This document shows positions 58,514-64,000 of a stretch of DNA of 64,000 nucleotides, in pieces. A program made the translations under genes and the position numbers. The notes under the pieces were generated by a model that did not search any database, was not told where the DNA came from, and saw only the letters and a list, made by a program, of their open reading frames with translations. Source of the stretch: a virus (lineage: Duplodnaviria > Caudoviricetes); IMG/VR virus record IMGVR_UViG_3300001528_000230, positions 2,918 to 66,917 of that record. One strand, given 5' to 3'. The stretch's first letter is position 1, and each line of letters opens with the position of its first letter.

Positions 58514-59026
58514 ATGTGTGCACAGTTTTTGAACTCCAAGCTTATTAAAACAGAGCTTATGAAACACTATAGGTTTGAGCTAAGCTATCCTTATGTGGCA
58601 ACCGAATGTATAAAATACAGCGATGTTAACGCTTGTAATGACAAAGTCCTTGTTGAAATCGAAGTCAAGTGTTCACTTCAGGATTTGAAAGCAGAGTTTA
58701 AAACAGCTGGGAATAAGCACAACAAGCACTTCGTTGTGTATTGCAACCCAAGTGTTAGACCTTATGCTATTATCCCTAATTATTACTACATCGCTGTACC
58801 CGAGGAGTTGAAACAACATGCAGTTGAAATAGTAAAAGAGATAAATCCTAGATATGGAGTACTAGTTTGTAAAAAAGATAGGGTATCGCCCTCGGGGTAT
58901 AAAATAGCTTGTGCTAAACGTGCTACCAAACTACATAGTAAAACCCCCGATAATAGAACAAAATCTATTATAGCCAAACGTATCACAAGTGAGTTAATCA
59001 CTTTAAGACAGAAGTATTTGAGGTGA
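58514..59026 (+). CDS. PD-(D/E)XK-fold nuclease-like protein (MmcB-like)
   Basis: SDV...VEIEVKCSLQDLKAE...PNYYYIAVP...YGVL. Confidence 0.65.
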   Translation: MCAQFLNSKLIKTELMKHYRFELSYPYVATECIKYSDVNACNDKVLVEIEVKCSLQDLKAEFKTAGNKHNKHFVVYCNPSVRPYAIIPNYYYIAVPEELKQHAVEIVKEINPRYGVLVCKKDRVSPSGYKIACAKRATKLHSKTPDNRTKSIIAKRITSELITLRQKYLR

Positions 59027-59409
59027 AAACAATGTGTAAACCAAACGATTTTATAACCTTTGAGGTGTTCGAAAACATAATAAATAGTATTCAATCCTTT
59101 GATGCTAAGAACAAAAAGATTAGTGAATTTATACAGGACAACCTATGTGAGTCTAGCTTTGTGTATATAACCCATGGTGAAACATTAAGCAATTTACTCA
59201 TTATGATACTCTGTAAGTATTTCCACTTAGAAACAGATGATAAAATCCTCTCTGATGATATAACTTGGTGGTTGTACGAGCTATCTGATGACAAAAAAGT
59301 GTATTACCAAGACGGTAGTGTAGAAGATTTGAATGACATCCATGATTTCTACAACTATTTGTGTAAACACAAGGCTGAACACGAAGAGATTTTGTGCAAC
59401 CAAGGGTAA
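59023..59409 (+). CDS. Hypothetical protein (128 aa)
   Basis: DDITWWLYEL...DFYNYL conserved-looking motif; overlaps the upstream stop. Confidence 0.65.
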   Translation: MKTMCKPNDFITFEVFENIINSIQSFDAKNKKISEFIQDNLCESSFVYITHGETLSNLLIMILCKYFHLETDDKILSDDITWWLYELSDDKKVYYQDGSVEDLNDIHDFYNYLCKHKAEHEEILCNQG

Positions 59410-59576
59410 AAAAACATAATCCCCCGTCAACAAACATGTCTAAACATTTAATCTAAGGTGTCTAGCAGAGGATTTATAAAGAATTTAAGTGTTATCATAG
59501 GTATTTATACCTTTGGTAGCACTTTTCTGTTAAAAAGGATTGTAAATCTGTTTTTATTCACAATTATGTTGTGGGG

Positions 59577-59605
59577 TTGACAGAAACTTACATCCGTTGT
59601 AAACT
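59577..59605 (+). promoter_or_regulatory. Sigma70-type early promoter
   Basis: TTGACA (59577-59582), 17 bp, TAAACT (59600-59605); GAGAGGT RBS. Confidence 0.8.
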
Positions 59606-59638
59606 AGAAATGTACAAACACAAGAGAGGTAAACCACA

Positions 59639-60367
59639 ATGGGTATAAGTTTTGACGAACTACAAAAGATTGATAAAACTCTGGAGAGGGTAAACAACAT
59701 TTTGCGTAAACGATATGACAACCATGTGTTTCGTACTAAAGCACACTATGGTTTCGGTGGAATCATACGAGAGGGTGAAACCTTGTCTTTATACAAGCCT
59801 AGGGTAGAAATGTTATATCTTAAAAAAGATGGGAGCCAATACGTGTTTAGACCTGTGGTCATTTTTAACCAGTGTCAAAGTGAAAATCTATGGTTTCTAC
59901 ATAGTACATGGTTGATACGCAAACCTTTTGAAGCATCTTTTAAACAAAAGTTGGGTGAAATCTATAATGCTGTAAATGGGTTAATAATAAACTTAACTTT
60001 TATACAGCACGTATTGTACAAACACTTTTTAGAAGACAGTTGGGTCAATAACTGTAGGTGTTCAACACTAGGTTGTTCGCCACAAGAGTTTTTCAACAGC
60101 TTTGGTTCACCCGATTATAAATCTATACCTTTAAGTAGTGTACTAGAGGGTGGGTTGATGGGTATTATAGACACAACTATTTTTAATGAATACTGGGAGC
60201 CACCAGTTTCTGTAAACACACAAAGCTCTACTAGTCTACAAAACGTGTTTGTATACAATGGATTACGCAACTGTTATAGCCTAGGAGCCTCTGTAGAGTT
60301 TAACTCTACTAGTAAAGCCATGACTAAATGTCAAGTTTCGCAGGCTCAACATATAAGAGATTACTAA
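59639..60367 (+). CDS. Hypothetical protein, paralogue 1
   Basis: Shares L..iD..L.R.N..L....DN.VF...LYKPRV with the next gene. Confidence 0.75.
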   Translation: MGISFDELQKIDKTLERVNNILRKRYDNHVFRTKAHYGFGGIIREGETLSLYKPRVEMLYLKKDGSQYVFRPVVIFNQCQSENLWFLHSTWLIRKPFEASFKQKLGEIYNAVNGLIINLTFIQHVLYKHFLEDSWVNNCRCSTLGCSPQEFFNSFGSPDYKSIPLSSVLEGGLMGIIDTTIFNEYWEPPVSVNTQSSTSLQNVFVYNGLRNCYSLGASVEFNSTSKAMTKCQVSQAQHIRDY

Positions 60368-61089
60368 TGAGAGAGTCTAACATCAGTAAAACCTTAGAAT
60401 ACTTAGATAGTTACCTACAAAGAATAAACCGTGTTTTAGAACGCAAGCTTGACAACACTGTGTTTTATGTGCCTTTCTTTAGCAACAGCAGAGAGTGGAC
60501 TACTCCTCTATACAAGCCTAGGGTTAACATAGTGTTAAAAAAGATAGACCCTAATGATACAGAACTATGGTTTACAACAATTATAACTCTTGCTGAATGT
60601 CAAAAGGATAGACCCTTTATGTTTTACATAAAGTTTGGTTTACCCATAGAAGATACATCAGAAGAGATTTTAAACCATCTTAAGCTTAATTTTCGTCTAA
60701 ACTTTGGGGTATTAACCTATAGTAGTTTTACCAAAGCTTATATTCAACATGTGTTAGATGTGATAAAAGGTGCACACCCAAGCAATCACGTAGTTTGGTA
60801 CTCTAACCTAGGTATGACCTTTGGGCAGTATTATCGAAACTATGGTTATGCTCAAGGTTGTAATCCTAACAGTGTAATACGTTTGATATCTCTACCAAGT
60901 TTAAAACAAAGTGTGTTAGAAAGCTATATGATACAGGTAGACCTTTTTAAACCGTACTACCGAGTTGTAACTGGTGGCGAACCCCTGTTTTTGACTTTAA
61001 CCCATGATAAGTTTAAACATGTATACACATATAGTAAAATTTACAATGCTTACACATTGGGATACAACAGTTTGGCAATAGAACCGTAG
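60367..61089 (+). CDS. Hypothetical protein, paralogue 2
   Basis: Start moved to ATG 60367 (TAATG coupling); LYKPRV and VY.Y....N.Y.LG motifs shared with paralogue 1. Confidence 0.75.
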   Translation: MRESNISKTLEYLDSYLQRINRVLERKLDNTVFYVPFFSNSREWTTPLYKPRVNIVLKKIDPNDTELWFTTIITLAECQKDRPFMFYIKFGLPIEDTSEEILNHLKLNFRLNFGVLTYSSFTKAYIQHVLDVIKGAHPSNHVVWYSNLGMTFGQYYRNYGYAQGCNPNSVIRLISLPSLKQSVLESYMIQVDLFKPYYRVVTGGEPLFLTLTHDKFKHVYTYSKIYNAYTLGYNSLAIEP

Positions 61090-61115
61090 AGTCAAGCTCT
61101 ACTAACACTCAAATG

Positions 61116-61144
61116 TTGACAAAAGGTTGAACTTGTTGTAAACT
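61116..61144 (+). promoter_or_regulatory. Sigma70-type early promoter
   Basis: TTGACA (61116-61121), 17 bp, TAAACT (61139-61144); GAGAGGT RBS as at 59.6 kb. Confidence 0.8.
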
Positions 61145-61169
61145 ACAAGTAGAAAGAGAGGTATAATCC

Positions 61170-62054
61170 ATGCTTTTACATTATAATGAAGACACAAATG
61201 AATTGACAAGATGTTATATCACAAGTATAAACGACGACACGTTGATATCCAAACTCAACACTCTTGACAAAACACTAGAAGAGTACAACGAAAAGCTGTG
61301 TGAAAATCCCAGCAAGGTTTGGCATAGCAAAAACTGTAGTACCTCTGCTTTTTATGAACCATACTTGTATTCTTGTGTGTGTAGACAACATGATGGTCAA
61401 ATCAATGTTTACCTATGCTTAAACATCAAGGTTTGTAACAAACTTATAACCATCATGTGTGCACCAACTGTTGCAGGACAAAGTGTAGCCTATGGATTAT
61501 ATTTGGATGGTGTACTTAATGACGAAGCCTCTACTATTGTACAAGCGTATTTAGACAACTATTGTAGAGAAGAGAAGTTGAGTCAGTTGTCAGACGACAG
61601 GCATTATAACCCTTGGGGGGATATTAGTTTTAGCCAAGGCGAGGTAAACCTAGATGGTGAAGATTATATTATAAACAGAACTGACGACATCTCTCTTTGT
61701 AAACCAAGTGAAGACTACATCTTTAACTATGTATACATAGAAGACCGTTATACCTATGTGTTACCACCAAAGGGTAGCAACATTTTGGAAAACCTTGTCA
61801 AGTCTATAGATGTGCCAGAAATCACTGTACAAACAAGTGGTATAACCGAAAGCTATGAACAAATAAGTAGAGCTCCAAATGTAACAACTGATGAGCTAGC
61901 AATGTTATTAGGGTTTGACCCAAGTGCATACAACTCTGCTAGAATAGAAGTGATTAACTTTATGGACGAGCTAGAAAACGAGGGTTTAGTTGTAAGAGGG
62001 GTGCCACCAATAGATGTTTTACCCGATGTTTCTATCCTAGATGAGTTGAACTAA
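61170..62054 (+). CDS. Acidic hypothetical protein, distantly similar to the paralogue pair
   Basis: LNTLDKTLEEYNEKL resembles LQKIDKTLERVNNIL. Confidence 0.7.
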   Translation: MLLHYNEDTNELTRCYITSINDDTLISKLNTLDKTLEEYNEKLCENPSKVWHSKNCSTSAFYEPYLYSCVCRQHDGQINVYLCLNIKVCNKLITIMCAPTVAGQSVAYGLYLDGVLNDEASTIVQAYLDNYCREEKLSQLSDDRHYNPWGDISFSQGEVNLDGEDYIINRTDDISLCKPSEDYIFNYVYIEDRYTYVLPPKGSNILENLVKSIDVPEITVQTSGITESYEQISRAPNVTTDELAMLLGFDPSAYNSARIEVINFMDELENEGLVVRGVPPIDVLPDVSILDELN

Positions 62055-62284
62055 TGGGAACCTACATAACTTCTACACCCTACAAAGGTGGAACAATCTA
62101 CGATGTTTTAATCTTTGGTTTACCCACTTATGAATACAACATTTTTTGTTTCAAAAATAAGGTCATAAAAATCATAAAATTTTTACCCTGCGACTACAAC
62201 CAAAGGGTAAATCTTTATGATTTATGTCTCAATTACTGTGACAGAGAGGGTTTGAACACATTTTTACTACAACTTATGATGTAA
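62054..62284 (+). CDS. Hypothetical protein (76 aa)
   Basis: TAATG coupling to the upstream gene. Confidence 0.6.
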   Translation: MGTYITSTPYKGGTIYDVLIFGLPTYEYNIFCFKNKVIKIIKFLPCDYNQRVNLYDLCLNYCDREGLNTFLLQLMM

Positions 62285-62393
62285 AGAAAACATAAAGATT
62301 TGTAAAAAAGTAAACTTTTTTTTAAAATCTTTTTTCGCTTGTCACCACTGGGTTAGAACCTAATTGGGTGTATCTCAAAATGGTAAGGGGTGG

Positions 62394-62421
62394 TTGACTT
62401 TTTCTGAAAACTGACTATAAT
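62394..62421 (+). promoter_or_regulatory. Sigma70-type promoter facing a long non-coding region
   Basis: TTGACT (62394-62399), 16 bp, TATAAT (62416-62421); no convincing ORF follows. Confidence 0.55.
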
Positions 62422-63492
62422 ACTAGTGTAACGGGATTCAAACTTGAAAGGGAAAAGTTTGGTTATACTGTTTTTGAGGTAAAAAAGAGGGGTTGTAAAA
62501 ATAGGGTTGTAACCCAATAGGTATAAGCCTTAGAAGGGGTTTATAAAAAATTGTCTAAAATTAGAGTTTTTACAAAAAAAAGTATACATACTTTTTGTAA
62601 ACTTTTGTGTAAATTTTTTATTAGGGTATTACCTTGTTGTTATAAAAAAGGGTGTGCTGGAATGCACTTTTAACCTATGGACAACAAGTATATACTTTTT
62701 TGTTGGTAGACTTATCCCTAGGATTTAAACCCTAGGGTTGTGAACTAAAAATAAAGTCTACTTTATAACATAGTTAACCTTGTTGGGTAAAAAGAGTTCT
62801 TTGAACTCGGTGAAACAACAATATGAACCCTTGAGTAGAACTTATGTTTACGGAGGTCCTTACGGACCTCCTGTTAGGGTAGCTCGCAGGTTGTTGAAAA
62901 CAATCCTGCTCTCTATTTTATGCCCGAAGTTTTATATAGTCAAGTCGTTAACTTTTAGGCTTCAACTTGGTAAAACCAAAAGTTGTTTCACAACATAAGA
63001 TGTTGTTCGCTATTTTCGCCCGAAGTTCACAAGGGTAAACCTATGTTTATAAATTTTGGGGGTTAACCATTGGGTGTACATTTTACACTATAAAAAAGAG
63101 GGGGGTATAGCAACAAACGGGCAAGAGATAGAGTTTGTTGCGAACCTATAGTCAAACTTTACACGGTCTATCTCTACACGGTTTGACAATTAGGTGTGTT
63201 ATTTACACTTGTTCTACAAGATTTGCATGCAATGCCAAATCTACATCTACACGGTAAATCTATAAGGGTAAACCTTTGGGCGAAACCCTATAAGGATAAA
63301 TATTGTTCTGTATTGTTGAGCCTGCGAAATCGACACTTGTATGCCGAGCTTGCGAAGGCTCAGTTTACCCCATAGGGTAGAAATTTTGGGTGTACCGTAT
63401 GAACAAGGCACATACACCCTCTCCCATAAACCCCCGTCTTTAAAGGGTTTGGGGGGTATACCTTATAACCCAGTAAAAACGCATGTTTAGCT

Positions 63493-63646
63493 AGTGTAAA
63501 ACATACACTTATTAAAAATTGGGTGTACAGACTACACTTAATCCATTTAGTGTATAACCTACACTTTAAAATGAGTGTAAAAACTACACTATATACCCTT
63601 TTAGTGTACATCTTACACTATATATATTAAGTGTATTATCTACACT
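63493..63646. repeat. Array of six palindromic sites RGTGTA-N5-TACACT
   Basis: Copies start at 63493, 63522, 63549, 63574, 63603 and 63630; isolated copies at 63073 and 63193 (one mismatch). Confidence 0.9.
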
Positions 63647-63850
63647 TGTTTACCCATAGGTTTACCCATGATTTTGTACAATCTCAAGGGTATAGCATGC
63701 CCATGGTTGAGCGTTTGGATATAAGCCTATATAAAAGCATATGTTTATACCCTTGTTTGGTTTATGGGCTTGCTAATGGGCTTAGAATTGATGTGTGGTA
63801 GTGTGGGTATATAGTTAAGGGCTATGGGCGTGGGTGGTGCTTATTCAAAC

Positions 63851-63925
63851 ATAGTATATCATAGAGTATATACCAATAGTATATCATAGAGTATATACCA
63901 ATAGTATATCATAAAGTATATACTA
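63851..63925. repeat. Three tandem 25-bp repeats ATAGTATATCATAGAGTATATACCA
   Basis: Units at 63851, 63876 (identical) and 63901 (two mismatches). Confidence 0.9.
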
Positions 63926-64000
63926 ATAAGCGTAAACATAGTTAGTATATGTGTTTGCGTTATAACTACGCATAACAAAAAGACTAGCTTATAAGCTAGT

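Noticed and set aside
62900-63170. Group I intron core (TATAGTC resembling the S element)
   Set aside because: No matching P7 partner, no interrupted host gene and no recognisable P3/P4 core.
63360-63611. 83-aa minus-strand ORF (also 62780-62998)
   Set aside because: It runs through the palindrome array or hairpins, has no RBS and has atypical composition; probably spurious.
63493-63646. CRISPR or mini-CRISPR array
   Set aside because: Repeats are 17 bp with variable centres and 8-12 bp linkers, far below spacer length; no cas genes.

Overview
AT-rich 64-kb slice of a tailed dsDNA phage genome with a contractile tail (myovirus type: sheath, tube, baseplate J). It uses the standard genetic code. 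No integrase, repressor, DNA polymerase or recombinase is recognisable, and the DnaG primase is cut by the left edge, so the genome continues beyond the window. Layout: (1) 1-6.55 kb is a replication/nucleotide module (primase, thymidine kinase, SSB, lytic transglycosylase, RuvC-like resolvase, dNMP kinase) split by an ori-like 12-bp periodic array. (2) 6.75-54.2 kb is one minus-strand late region: intein-containing TerL, portal, protease/scaffold, capsid, neck, sheath/tube, chaperones, tape measure, baseplate, about 22 kb of fibre/adhesin-like genes and a five-gene cassette of unknown function. It is punctuated by 12 copies of an ACTATAATAG promoter-like motif. (3) 54.3-62.3 kb is a plus-strand early region under TTGACA-17-TATAAT-type promoters (two HU-like genes, TSCPD protein, amidase, thyX, a paralogous gene family). 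(4) 62.3-64 kb is non-coding, with many hairpins and an array of palindromic AGTGTA-N5-TACACT sites. The strongest discovery is a three-cassette tail-fibre-tip shufflon at 29.65-30.38 kb: two silent inverted tip cassettes and the expressed tip share an identical 18-bp site, and no recombinase gene is adjacent. Other highlights are a kissing-loop leader RNA (9.44-9.57 kb), an uncharacterised domain inserted in the baseplate spike where T4 gp5 carries lysozyme, a TAA-interrupted baseplate-region gene and a G7 tract that cuts off a Gly-rich tail. All family assignments come from motif recognition by eye, not database searches.
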